Counted from the stretch's first letter, positions 1-9,701 are shown. The stretch is 32,000 bases of DNA from Nostoc sp. PCC 7120 = FACHB-418 (GCF_000009705.1 NC_003273.1:23415-55414), one strand, 5' to 3'. The notes: generated by a model not told the origin, from the letters alone. Translations and numbers: made by a program.

Positions 1-573
1 AATTGTGGAAAGATAGGTTTTCAGTTAATTGAACAAGTAAATCCTGATGTTGTGTTAGTTGATTTACTATTACCCGATATGAGTGGTTTAGAACTTACTC
101 GTTCAATTAAAAGAAAGACTAATAGTAAAGTTGTCATTTTTACTAATGAGACTCATTCAGACTTTATTAACTCGGCTTTTCGTCATGGTGCTGATTCTTA
201 TATGCTCAAGAGTGCTGATGTAGAATTGATTGAACTAGCCATCAAGAGAGCTTACTTTTATGAATGTCTACTTGACCCAAAGCTGGCTAAAAAACTGTTA
301 GAAAGCCTTTATCAAAATAGATATATTGACCCCACCTTCGTTGATAAAAACTTGATAGATCCGCCTACCGAGCGCCAAATACAAGTCCTGCGTTTACTGG
401 CTCAGGGTTTAGTTTTTCAAGATATTGCCAAAGAAATGTTTCTGTCTGTTAGTACGGTCAAACAATATGCCAGTGATTTGTACAGTAAATGGCACGTCAA
501 GAACCGTTATGAGGCGATAAAAAGAGGGGCGATGCTTGGTTATATCGACTATAACTTGATTGTGAATGAATGA
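1..573 (+). CDS. NarL/LuxR-type response regulator, 5' end off-window
   Basis: The frame is open from base 1. Receiver-domain segment (VLVDLLLPDMSGLEL) is followed by a C-terminal LuxR HTH (TERQIQVLRLLAQGL..IAKEMFLSVSTVKQY). Confidence 0.8.
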   Translation, partial: NCGKIGFQLIEQVNPDVVLVDLLLPDMSGLELTRSIKRKTNSKVVIFTNETHSDFINSAFRHGADSYMLKSADVELIELAIKRAYFYECLLDPKLAKKLLESLYQNRYIDPTFVDKNLIDPPTERQIQVLRLLAQGLVFQDIAKEMFLSVSTVKQYASDLYSKWHVKNRYEAIKRGAMLGYIDYNLIVNE

Positions 574-751
574 TGTATTGGGCATCACCCCATTGAATTT
601 AACCCGTGGACAGTGCTATGAACTGATCAACCAATTGCGAACTGAACTGAACCAAACGGAGATCATAGAACGCCTCTGGCAGTGTAACAAGGGCGGTTCA
701 GCCGCTTGTCAGGAAGCTTATGCACAGTTCAAGGAGATTACACAGCAGTAG
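566..751 (+). CDS. small hypothetical protein (61 aa)
   Basis: ORF overlaps the upstream regulator stop by 8 nt. No recognisable motif. Confidence 0.3.
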   Translation: MNDVLGITPLNLTRGQCYELINQLRTELNQTEIIERLWQCNKGGSAACQEAYAQFKEITQQ

Positions 752-791
752 TATAACTTCATCACTTATTAGTCTCTACGCAGGTGTTCAG

Positions 792-1634
792 ATGAATCCA
801 AGTAATAATCATTTTGAAAATTTCCAAAATGAGGAGAGAAGTACAATCCAAATAATTCAACTTGCTGGTGGTGAAGAAGATGAAGAGACGTATTGGAATT
901 ATGTTTGGATTTTACGTGCGCGTGGTGGCAATGAAGAATTTGTAGCCGCGTCAAAATTATGTGAAAGTCCTAGCCCAAAAGAAAGAACTTTAGGGGTTGA
1001 TATATTAGCAATGTTAGGAATGCCACAAAGAACTTTTCCGCAACAAAGTGTAGATATTCTTTTAAAATTATTATCAAGCGAAAGCAACAGCAATGTGCTG
1101 TCTACAATTGGATTTGCCTTTGGATATCTAAAAGATTCGAGAGGTGTTTTACCATTAATTAATCTGAAAAATCATCCCGATGTAGATGTGAGGATGGGCG
1201 TGGTTTTTGGTTTAATTTCCCAATCAAATGAATTGGCAATTCAAGCATTAATTGATTTATCTAGTGATGAATGTGAAGATATTAGAAATTGGGCAACTTT
1301 TGGTTTGGGTTCCCAAATAGAAACTGATACGCCAGCTATTCGAGATGCTTTATTTGCTCGCGTAATTTCCGAAACAGGACAAGAGGACACTATCGCTGAA
1401 ATTCGTGGAGAAGCATTACTGGGTTTAGCACTGAGAAAAGATGAGCGGGTAATTAATCCGCTCATCGCAGAACTTGAAAGCGGGTGCGTGGGTAGGCTGG
1501 CTGTAGAAGCGGCAAAAGAAATAGGAGATGCAAGACTTTATTCAGCGTTGATTAACTTACAACAGTGGTGGGATGTAGATATTAAGTTATTACTTGAGGC
1601 AATATCTAGCTGTAACTCTAACCCAAGTTGCTAG
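792..1634 (+). CDS. HEAT-repeat (PBS-lyase-like) protein
   Basis: First ATG of the 720..1634 ORF (MNPSNN). Repeated helical units with the D/E-x-x-V/I-R-x-x-A-x-x-x-L-G pattern (DVDVRMGVVFGL, DIRNWATFGLG, EIRGEALLGLA). Confidence 0.6.
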   Translation: MNPSNNHFENFQNEERSTIQIIQLAGGEEDEETYWNYVWILRARGGNEEFVAASKLCESPSPKERTLGVDILAMLGMPQRTFPQQSVDILLKLLSSESNSNVLSTIGFAFGYLKDSRGVLPLINLKNHPDVDVRMGVVFGLISQSNELAIQALIDLSSDECEDIRNWATFGLGSQIETDTPAIRDALFARVISETGQEDTIAEIRGEALLGLALRKDERVINPLIAELESGCVGRLAVEAAKEIGDARLYSALINLQQWWDVDIKLLLEAISSCNSNPSC

Positions 1635-1659
1635 TCAGGTAAAAAGAAGAGGCAAATTT

Positions 1660-1743
1660 ATGAGTCAATCTTGGGATGAGGGTTGTAGCGTTTGTGGTGT
1701 CGGGCTGAATGATAAGTATGCTTTAAGCGGGTGTCATTGCTGA
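1660..1743 (+). CDS. 27-aa Cys-rich micro-ORF (MSQSWDEGCSVCGVGLNDKYALSGCHC)
   Basis: ATG preceded by GAAGAGG 8 nt upstream. CxxC...CxC spacing. Too short for the supplied ORF track. Confidence 0.3.
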   Translation: MSQSWDEGCSVCGVGLNDKYALSGCHC

Positions 1744-1974
1744 GGGAAGAATAAGCTTTTTGGTCGCTTAGATTGTGATTGTGGGAAAATCCCGTCCATA
1801 CCTCCCTCAACCCCACATAACCTGAATAGAGTTATATTCAATTATTCAACGAAACTGTCTAGTTTGCCGCTAGTATCAGCGACGCTATATCTACGCCTTA
1901 TAGTATCTCTTGATTACTTACCCGCATTATAGTACATTAGTTCTAGTCAATACCTCCTTAGCTGACCAAAAATC

Positions 1975-2006
1975 AAACCCCGCTTTCTTGGTGGGGTTTA
2001 TTTTTG
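1975..2006 (+). terminator. intrinsic terminator-like hairpin
   Basis: aaacccc..ggggttt stem followed by atttttg. Confidence 0.5.
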
Positions 2007-2094
2007 CTCACGCACACTAACAAATCTGTTGTCACAGCAGCACTCATCATGCGGCCGTTTAAGATGAAATCAGACCGCGATTAAAAAAACAATT

Positions 2095-3105
2095 ATGGCA
2101 TCTGCCTCACCCACGCCGAATCAGTCTACTAATATTGAGTTGCCGCTTGTCCAACCTCAACAGGAAAAAACTTTCTTGTCAACAGAGCTTTCAAAAACTG
2201 AGGTAGAGGTAGAGCCAGCAATACAAGCCCCAACGGATGATGAGCAAGTCAATCCTGAGACCGCATCACAAGTAGATGCTATTGAAGCAACAGGAGCGAT
2301 ATTTCAAGCGGTTGGCGTAATTACAGGAGAGGTAAATTTAAAGTCAGAGGGCATTAGCACTGTAACTATTGGTCGAAATCAATACCCGCTTTTGTACATT
2401 GGGCAGAAACTGAGAGTATTTCAGGCTCTCAAGAAAGAAATAGAAGCAACTGGCAATCGGACTTTTAGGCTGGTTGTTTATCCCAAGGCAATTCATTTCC
2501 CCAAAAAAGAGCAACCGCATCAAATTGCTTTTCAGTTAGTAGGCTTTGATAGAGGGCGATTCCAAGATGTAGTCTCAGGAGATTTAGAAGACCTAGAGTT
2601 TAAATTTTCAGGACTGTGGCAGTTTATCCCAGTCTGCCCAACTCCGTGCATCTCTGTGTTCCGCAACTTTACAACAGAAAGACTGGAATATATTAAGCAA
2701 GCCGAACCAGCGCGGAAGGTGAAATTCATGAAGTCCAGCCATTTACCGTTGCTGTGGAAGGATGCACCTGTTCGTCCCTTTAGATTTAATCCCAAAGTCC
2801 CGAAAGAACAGCTAGGACATCCAGTATTTGTCACCCTGAAGGCGAAATTTCTACCAGGGCGTAATGTATGGGGTTTTGTGGCCCTCACCGCACCACCACA
2901 AGAAACTGCACCCAAATTTCTCAAAGCCTCTAAACAAGATAAAGCCACAGTCCAGCAACAGTCTAAAAAGAATAAACACCAGGGACAGCGACCATTGAAA
3001 AAAGACCATCAAAGCGGCAATGGAGAGCCAAGCAATCCTCCATCTAAGCCAATACTCAAAAAAAAGCCGCTCCCAAGTGAGGGAGAAACTGAAAATCAAG
3101 CTTGA
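2095..3105 (+). CDS. hypothetical protein (336 aa) with low-complexity Lys/Pro/Gln-rich C-terminus
   Basis: Long ATG-initiated ORF. No motif I can name. Confidence 0.6.
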   Translation: MASASPTPNQSTNIELPLVQPQQEKTFLSTELSKTEVEVEPAIQAPTDDEQVNPETASQVDAIEATGAIFQAVGVITGEVNLKSEGISTVTIGRNQYPLLYIGQKLRVFQALKKEIEATGNRTFRLVVYPKAIHFPKKEQPHQIAFQLVGFDRGRFQDVVSGDLEDLEFKFSGLWQFIPVCPTPCISVFRNFTTERLEYIKQAEPARKVKFMKSSHLPLLWKDAPVRPFRFNPKVPKEQLGHPVFVTLKAKFLPGRNVWGFVALTAPPQETAPKFLKASKQDKATVQQQSKKNKHQGQRPLKKDHQSGNGEPSNPPSKPILKKKPLPSEGETENQA

Positions 3106-3454
3106 GCTAAAAATGATTGGCACTCTCATGTTTTTAAATAATGAAAGTGCCAAAAAGTTTTATCTGAAGGGTCTTTATAATGGCTGACCCCGTTTGAATT
3201 GAGAAATGTTAAGTTCCATTTAGATGCTCATCGAATTAATGGCGTTTTAGATTATTTAATAATTTCTTTAGATTTGTATCTCGAATTTCATTTGTTCTCT
3301 AACTAAGGAAAGATGATTTAACTTGATAGACCCATCTGGAGATGAATAGAAACAAGCAGACTCAAGCATTACAATGCTAACAATCGATACAAGCTCTACT
3401 GCTGGTGAAAGAGAGCTTTGGTGTCTAATAGGAGCGAAAATTTGAGGTTGGGCA

Positions 3455-4168
3455 ATGAATAAAATCCGCGTAGTTTTAATTGAAGATCATGACCTGACAC
3501 GAATTGGTCTACGTGCTACTTTGCAAAAATTAGATGGCATTGAAGTCATTGGTGATGCTAGAGATGCTGCCTCTGGTCTGAAGTTGCTTAAATCTACTCA
3601 ACCAGATATTGCGATTGTCGATGTGGGCTTGCCTGATATGAGCGGCATTGAGTTGACTCAACACTTTTTCAACTCAATGGACGCACAACAAACCCCTCAA
3701 ACCAAGATTTTAATTATGACCATGCAGGATAGTGAAGATACTGTTCTAGCAGCCTTCGCGGCGGGAGCAGATTCTTACTGCATGAAAGATGCCAGTACTG
3801 ATAAATTAGTAGAGGCTTTGCATCTGACTGTTAATGGTAATTCCTGGATTGACCCAGTAATCGCTCGGATCGTTTTACAGCAGACCCAAAAAGCTACAAC
3901 TGCTGCCAACGCTCGACCAGACACGGTAGCGATTAATGGCTTGTCACCAGAATATAGCCACATTGTAGAAACATATCCGCTCACTCGAAGAGAATTAGAT
4001 GTCTTAAAGCTGATTGTAGATGGATGCTCTAACGCTGTGATTGCCGAAAAACTCTACGTTTCCGTAGGTACAGTTAAGACTCACGTTCGCAATATTCTCA
4101 ATAAGTTATGTGTTAGTGACCGGACTCAGATAGCAGTTCGTGCTTTACGAGCCGGATTAGTTGCTTAA
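3455..4168 (+). CDS. NarL/FixJ-family response regulator
   Basis: Full receiver domain (VLIEDHDL..DIAIVDVGLPDMSGIEL..K) plus LuxR HTH (LTRRELDVLKLIVDGCSNAVIAEKLYVSVGTVKTHVRNIL). Confidence 0.9.
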   Translation: MNKIRVVLIEDHDLTRIGLRATLQKLDGIEVIGDARDAASGLKLLKSTQPDIAIVDVGLPDMSGIELTQHFFNSMDAQQTPQTKILIMTMQDSEDTVLAAFAAGADSYCMKDASTDKLVEALHLTVNGNSWIDPVIARIVLQQTQKATTAANARPDTVAINGLSPEYSHIVETYPLTRRELDVLKLIVDGCSNAVIAEKLYVSVGTVKTHVRNILNKLCVSDRTQIAVRALRAGLVA

Positions 4169-4329
4169 GTACCTTTCTACAATTTATTATCGATACAACT
4201 TTGCCAAGAGCCAAAAACCGAGGGCAAAATTTGTTTATGGAGCAGATACACTGAATTTCTTCTCGTATCTCTTGATTACTGACCCACTTTATAGTACATT
4301 TGTACACACACGAGAGAACTATTAATCAC

Positions 4330-4357
4330 AACCCCTAGTGAGCTATGGGGTTTTTTC
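4330..4357 (+). terminator. intrinsic terminator-like hairpin
   Basis: acccc..ggggt stem followed by a T6 run, downstream of the response regulator. Confidence 0.5.
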
Positions 4358-4532
4358 TTGGGAATATTTGATATATTCCTAATTTTTAATGTAGCTACTT
4401 TTCCACTCAACAGCAATTAAGCAAGTAAAAAAAATTAATACTTGTGCATCTGTTTGATATAGGAGTAGAGAATTTCGCGTTCGCCTTGTATCACGGTTCA
4501 ACATAAATTGATAAGCTACATTTTTCAATCGC

Positions 4533-4832
4533 TCAGAACAAAGACAGTTGCCCCGGCGATACATTCCCCCTGCGTCGGTTATGAAAACTGAGGTGACAAG
4601 CCGTACATAACGCGCATAAGTTTGACCGACGATTATCCTCCGGCACAAAATTAGAGTGATGCACTGTCAACGTTAATGCCATTCTTTGGGAACGGGTCAG
4701 ATTGGATGTATCATCACCGGGACGAATACATTGCAACCCACACTTAGAACATCGCCAGTTCACTTCTTGTTTGACAACGAGTGCGATATCTGACCAGTTT
4801 TGAGGATAACGTTCTCTTGATTTCTTAGGCAT
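4533..4832 (-). CDS. small HNH endonuclease
   Basis: WRCSKCG ... VHH ... NL.ALCTACH..FH motif set. ATG at 4832 preferred over the TTG at 4865. Confidence 0.75.
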   Translation of the reverse strand: MPKKSRERYPQNWSDIALVVKQEVNWRCSKCGLQCIRPGDDTSNLTRSQRMALTLTVHHSNFVPEDNRRSNLCALCTACHLSFHNRRRGNVSPGQLSLF

Positions 4833-4925
4833 GGACTGGTTGAAAAACTGTGGAACGCAACTCAAGAGTAATAACGAACTTACTTAAGAAGATAACTAAA
4901 AATCAGCGATTAATACTTGGAGAGG

Positions 4926-5192
4926 TTATAGGTCAGCATATTGGGCATCTAATTCTGCCATTTCACATTCGAGTTCCCAAGCTAACTGTTCAAAGTCTGG
5001 TACATCTTCTTCTAATTCGCGTGAGTAGCTGCTTGGTTCCACCCTAATTATTTCTGTTTCTGGTTTGACCTCAGCAATGTGGTTCATTCGAGAACACATG
5101 GGCATTCCCGCTTCTGCGCCTACTTTTTTGTAAGTATATTTTACTTCTAGAAATTGAAATAAATCTCCAATCGCTAAATCTGAAAATTTCAT
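4926..5192 (-). CDS. hypothetical acidic protein (88 aa)
   Basis: ATG ORF. No motif. Confidence 0.45.
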   Translation of the reverse strand: MKFSDLAIGDLFQFLEVKYTYKKVGAEAGMPMCSRMNHIAEVKPETEIIRVEPSSYSRELEEDVPDFEQLAWELECEMAELDAQYADL

Positions 5193-5438
5193 TCTTTAAA
5201 GTCCCTCAACATCTTGTGAACAAGTTTATCAGTTTAATTTGCCTACTACTTGAATTATTCTCATCAGCACTGTTTTGGGATGAAATAGCTAATAGATTAA
5301 TTCATTCAATTGCTGAATAATAATCAACTCAATCAGGCTTGGGTGCATTTATAAATTAATCTCTCTAGCCAACTTCCCCTATAACTTTATTTAGAAGTAA
5401 TTATATTGACTCAAGGAAGTTAAACGCGCTCCCGCACG

Positions 5439-6020
5439 CTACCTCACCGGATGGTAAAGTCCACTTTCTGGGTTATACCTCCAACCCAAACCACTGGGGT
5501 CACGTCCCCTACTCCAGCTAATAAACTCCTCTGGTCTTTTGGCATTCACTCGGATACGCTCTAGAGTTTCTACATCTACCCCCAAACGCTTTGCTAAATT
5601 TTGTAGAGTATAAGTATCTATCTTTACCTCACCCTGACCCTGGTAGTAGCGAGAGGATGCTTGTCTAGGTTTACTTTTACTATTGAGGTAGATAATCAGT
5701 TGATTATACGCCGTCTCTAGTTGCTCCACGCGTAAGCTGATAGCCGTCAGTTCCTCTTTCAACTCATCGGTAGAACCTGAAGAGTGCCGTGATTCTAGTT
5801 GGGCTACCCGTTGCTCTAATTGCTGTATTGACGTAAAAGTATCGATATCAGCAGTGCTATCTAATTTGTTTACTAATTCTTGGATTCCTTGCAGTACATC
5901 GTTTGTACGCCCTTGCCTGTGCAACCGTGACAACTCCCTTACAGCGTCTTTTAACGCAACGGGGACGCGGAGCATCTCGCTGGGCGGCGGTTTCTTGCTT
6001 TGAGTTTTCTTAGAGGGCAT
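5439..6020 (-). CDS. hypothetical coiled-coil protein with C-terminal HTH-like segment
   Basis: Heptad-like Q/E/L-rich centre. C-terminal segment LQNLAKRLGVDVETLERIR. Confidence 0.55.
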   Translation of the reverse strand: MPSKKTQSKKPPPSEMLRVPVALKDAVRELSRLHRQGRTNDVLQGIQELVNKLDSTADIDTFTSIQQLEQRVAQLESRHSSGSTDELKEELTAISLRVEQLETAYNQLIIYLNSKSKPRQASSRYYQGQGEVKIDTYTLQNLAKRLGVDVETLERIRVNAKRPEEFISWSRGRDPSGLGWRYNPESGLYHPVR

Positions 6021-6075
6021 GGTGATATCAGTCTAGATATCGCTATTGTAGGACTGAAAGAGCTAATAGATTAAT

Positions 6076-6294
6076 TCATTCAACTGGTGAATAATAATCA
6101 ACTTCTGTCCGTTCTAACTCCTTTAAAAAGCCAGTTAATGCAAATGGACATTTACAACCTAGTTCTTTTTCAAGAGAATCAGCATTTAACTGGTATTCTT
6201 GACACAGAATATCAAATATATCTTCAGTAGTTAATTCTAGATTTTCATCCAGTTCCCAAAGTCATACTTCGACCCAGCTTGCTAATTCATACAT
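6076..6294 (-). pseudogene. 72-codon reading frame with an in-frame TGA at codon 11
   Basis: Manual translation gives MYELASWVEV-TGA-LWELDENLELTTEDIFDILCQEYQLNADSLEKELGCKCPFALTGFLKELERTEVDYYSPVE-TGA. It starts 12 nt after the stop of the 6306..6578 gene. Confidence 0.3.
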
Positions 6295-6305
6295 GAGTAC
6301 ACCTA

Positions 6306-6578
6306 CTACTGCTCAAACCAGTTCAAGTTAGGACTTGCTCCGTGTTTTCGTCGGTCAGCCTCAGCACAAGCTTTGCTATAAACTTCATCCCAACCACGAA
6401 GAAAATCCTTTTCATAAGATGCTAAGTCTTTGTATGGTATATTACTTTCTCGCTCCACAGCCAATACTACCTCTTCAAAGGTTTGGAAGTATCCAGGCTC
6501 AATTGAAATTGCCTCGAAAAACCGCAACCAATTGTTTTTAAACTCGTGACGCAATAGCTGTAATGCTTCTGGGTTCAT
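6306..6578 (-). CDS. hypothetical protein (90 aa)
   Basis: ATG ORF. No motif. Confidence 0.5.
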   Translation of the reverse strand: MNPEALQLLRHEFKNNWLRFFEAISIEPGYFQTFEEVVLAVERESNIPYKDLASYEKDFLRGWDEVYSKACAEADRRKHGASPNLNWFEQ

Positions 6579-6646
6579 CCTCTTACCTCGTTAACAATTA
6601 CCAGATGAGCTTGAGCAGGCAAAAAATAGTAATGCGTTAGTTGATT

Positions 6647-7300
6647 TTAAATAACAGTCTTTTCTTGTTGCTGAGAAACTGAACTAAAAAACAGTTTTGG
6701 CAACAAAAGCCCAGAACGATTTTTGTAGTCATCAAACTCAGAGTAACGAGATAGAGATTTGTCCTTCTTCAACATATTTGGAATAAATATTGTGCTGATA
6801 AAACCTCCGAGAATCAAAAATGGAAGCCAGTGTTGAGTCAGCATGGCGAAGGCAGTATAAATAAATATTTCCCCCAGATAATTGGTGTTGCGGCAACGAG
6901 CAAAGAACCCTTCTGTTATTAAGCCCTTCTGATACTTCAGGGTATAGTATTTCTGGGCATCGCTTACAAAGTGTAGAAACACACCAAAGATATTTAAAGA
7001 AATAGCTACTGCTACTAATGGTAGTGGTGGTACTGTGCCACTACTAATAAGAATAAAAGGTGCTATCCAGTATAGATTCACCACAATAAAGATGAAAATC
7101 CCCTGTGGAACAGAAACTGGTTGCTCCCATTGTTTATCTGGGAATATGCGGTCTTTTAATAGCCACAGAAATCCATAAGTACCGTGAAGTGCTAAATACA
7201 CCCAAGCTCCTATAGTGAAATTCTGGTAAACAAACATCAGGAGCAGTATGAAAAAGAAGGTTAGTCCTTTACTGAGATTGATGGCATACTTGGTTTTCAT
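6647..7300 (-). CDS. polytopic membrane protein, DUF1295 / isoprenylcysteine-methyltransferase-like
   Basis: Multiple hydrophobic spans. HFVSDAQK...GLITEGFFARCRNTNYLGEIFIY resembles the DUF1295/ICMT signature (..RHPNYxGE..). Confidence 0.7.
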   Translation of the reverse strand: MKTKYAINLSKGLTFFFILLLMFVYQNFTIGAWVYLALHGTYGFLWLLKDRIFPDKQWEQPVSVPQGIFIFIVVNLYWIAPFILISSGTVPPLPLVAVAISLNIFGVFLHFVSDAQKYYTLKYQKGLITEGFFARCRNTNYLGEIFIYTAFAMLTQHWLPFLILGGFISTIFIPNMLKKDKSLSRYSEFDDYKNRSGLLLPKLFFSSVSQQQEKTVI

Positions 7301-7315
7301 GATCTGAATAAAAAT

Positions 7316-7567
7316 ATGGCATTTGTATACCTATATGAGCATAGCAATTACGAAGGACGGTGGATGGAAATCCCGGCAGGTGGAGCAAGCTTTCAACCTA
7401 TAAATCGACAAGAATTCGGAGTGAGTTCTATAAAAATTCCTTCAGGATTTGTAGTGGAACTGTCCAATTCTCAAGGAAGCGAATTATATAAAGAAAGCAC
7501 TCCCTATGTAGGAGATGCGATGAACGATCGTGTCGAAGGAATTGCAATTACCCAAATATATACTTAA
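7316..7567 (+). CDS. single-domain beta/gamma-crystallin-like protein
   Basis: YEHSNYEG matches the Y/F-x4-Y/F-x-G Greek-key signature, with a downstream Ser (VSSIKIP). Confidence 0.5.
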   Translation: MAFVYLYEHSNYEGRWMEIPAGGASFQPINRQEFGVSSIKIPSGFVVELSNSQGSELYKESTPYVGDAMNDRVEGIAITQIYT

Positions 7568-7635
7568 CGCAGAGGTCTGTTAAGTATACAGTAATTGTTT
7601 AAAAGTACTCACATTCCAAGCATCGGCTGATTTAT

Positions 7636-7818
7636 ATGGCTCCTAAATTTCGTCGCCGTGGAATTGCGCTATCACTTTTTGAAGAAGCCTTTGCATGGGG
7701 GCGCGTCAGGGGCTGTACAGAAGTTGATTTGAACGTCTTGCAAAATTCACCCGCAAAAGTGCTTTATGAAAGCTTGGGATTTGAAGTATTTGAGATTGAG
7801 ATGCGGCGAAAATTGTAG
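7636..7818 (+). pseudogene. C-terminal remnant of a GNAT acetyltransferase
   Basis: Contains only the acetyl-CoA motif A region (RRRGIALSLFEEA) and the C-terminus. The upstream frame is closed by TAA at 7600. Confidence 0.6.
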
Positions 7819-8117
7819 GTAATAAATACTTGCTTAAACTAGGCGTAGATATAGCGTAGCTGACACCAGGGGGAAGATAGTCTGGAAACTATGCTATATC
7901 TACGTTATAGCTTTTTGAGATTGAACTAGAATTTCTGCATGAATACACTGATACTTTTTACTCAATAATTGCTTCTTGCCTACCAAAGAGTGAGCGTATT
8001 TCTTTAAAACCGATATTTCACCCACAGTCCACATTATCCTTTAAGTGACACAAAGCACAACTCTGATAAAATCAGGATTTGACTTAAATATCAAAAAACC
8101 TACTTTGAATAATTAAA

Positions 8118-8834
8118 ATGAGCAAGCTGCCAACTCTTTCTCAAACTGTCAATACTGTTGTCACCAGTATGACAGCATTTATTGTTTTAGCTACAGTTAC
8201 TACAACACCTGCTGTTGCTGCTTTATTCAACTTCAAATTTGATGGCACATTAACTGGTTCTGACCCATTTGGCACTGCGGCAACAGTTTTCGGACTCAAG
8301 GGTAGTTTTGTTATAGATGCTGACGTTGCTAACTCATCTACTACTCCAATTGCCGGCAGATATAATGGAGCTATTAAAGATTTAAAGCTCACATTCGCTA
8401 GTACACCTACTCGTAATGCAGTAACGTTGAGTACAGCGAATTTTACAAGCGGAACTAATCGTAATCAAATATTTGTAGGCCCAAGGGGGACAAGAGAAGA
8501 GTTGCAATTTTTAGTTGGCAATGTTGGCTCTGCGCCTCCTTTTTTCTTACCTGACTCTTTTGGAATCATCTTTACTAACACTGACTTACCTTTAACTACT
8601 CAACTCAAAGAAGTTTTGATTCCAGCAAGCAGTACATTTACGGGTCAATTTAAGTTAACTTTGTCTGATGACCAAATTGCCACTCCTAACAATGATTTTT
8701 CCGGCTCATTGACTATCACTCCTGTCAGTGTCCCAGAGCCTAAAACAAACACTGCATTAGTTTTATTAAGTTTAGGATTTACCTACTACTGCTGGTTGAA
8801 GCAATTACGACCTATTAATCCCAAAACTTTGTAA
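8118..8834 (+). CDS. secreted PEP-CTERM sorting-domain protein
   Basis: N-terminal signal-like hydrophobic stretch. C-terminal VPEP + hydrophobic span + basic tail (VPEPKTNTALVLLSLGFTYYCWLKQLR). Confidence 0.8.
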   Translation: MSKLPTLSQTVNTVVTSMTAFIVLATVTTTPAVAALFNFKFDGTLTGSDPFGTAATVFGLKGSFVIDADVANSSTTPIAGRYNGAIKDLKLTFASTPTRNAVTLSTANFTSGTNRNQIFVGPRGTREELQFLVGNVGSAPPFFLPDSFGIIFTNTDLPLTTQLKEVLIPASSTFTGQFKLTLSDDQIATPNNDFSGSLTITPVSVPEPKTNTALVLLSLGFTYYCWLKQLRPINPKTL

Positions 8835-8949
8835 TAGTCAATAATGAAATAATATTTTCAAAGTGTGTTCCTTATTGAATTGCAAAACTAAAAAAAGCAG
8901 TGTACCACATTTAGCTATTATTAGTTTTTAAAGAATTAATTACTAACTC

Positions 8950-9603
8950 ATGATAGAAACCATCACTCAGTCTCAAGAAACGGCAATCCTAGAGAGCTTT
9001 CTAGAATTGGTGAAATCTCCTTATGGAAATTTTGCGTCCATTGGTAAGCTTTCTCATGTTCTCAACGATCCAGATACGCTCCAAAAAGTTGTGGCAGTTC
9101 TGAGCCTAACCCCCCAAGGTAAACAGGCTTTTGAAGACCGCCCCATGCTAGGAAAAATCGATTTAGAGCAACTGCATCAATTACCGAACTATACACTGGG
9201 TTATATGTATGCAGATCACATGATTAGAAATCAATTAACGCCTCCACCTGTTAACGAAAATGTCAATCATCCATTTATGTTCCTAGCTGCTCATCTTGGC
9301 GAAACTCATGACATTTGGCACGTTGTTACAGGATGTGATACTGATAAGCCCGGTGAGGTTAAATTAGAAGCTTTTTATACCGCACAACTTATTCCAGACC
9401 GTTTATTTCTAGCTCTCCTTGCGAAGAATTTACTCAAAACCGCAATGTACGAAGTCGAACTCTGTGAGCAAATTCTAGATGGCTTGACGCAAGGTTGGAT
9501 GATGGGAAAAAGAGCAAAGCCTCTGTTTGGCATTGAATGGAACAAGTTGTGGGAAACACCCTTAGAAGAATTGCAGACTTCTTTGAACATTGTACCTATC
9601 TAA
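8950..9603 (+). CDS. Coq4-family protein
   Basis: THDIWHVVTGCDTDKPGE fits the Coq4 HDxxH-x(10-13)-E metal-binding motif. Confidence 0.7.
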   Translation: MIETITQSQETAILESFLELVKSPYGNFASIGKLSHVLNDPDTLQKVVAVLSLTPQGKQAFEDRPMLGKIDLEQLHQLPNYTLGYMYADHMIRNQLTPPPVNENVNHPFMFLAAHLGETHDIWHVVTGCDTDKPGEVKLEAFYTAQLIPDRLFLALLAKNLLKTAMYEVELCEQILDGLTQGWMMGKRAKPLFGIEWNKLWETPLEELQTSLNIVPI

Positions 9604-9701
9604 GTGCGCGTGTGGCGGTTGCTACAAGAATACTTTCAATACCTTGCCGCTTGTAGTGCTAAGAAAAGTGCCAAAACTTAGCACTACATATAGCTATTAA
9701 C

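Noticed and set aside
1891-1901. Match of ctacgccttat to the IS982 left end (gtacgccttatgtga), as a possible solo IS end
   Set aside because: Only about 10 nt match and there is no second end or target duplication. It is too short to tell from chance.
4379-4648. 89-aa minus-strand ORF overlapping the 3' part of the small HNH gene
   Set aside because: It is in a different frame of the same strand as an ORF with a clear HNH motif set, and it extends into the terminator region.
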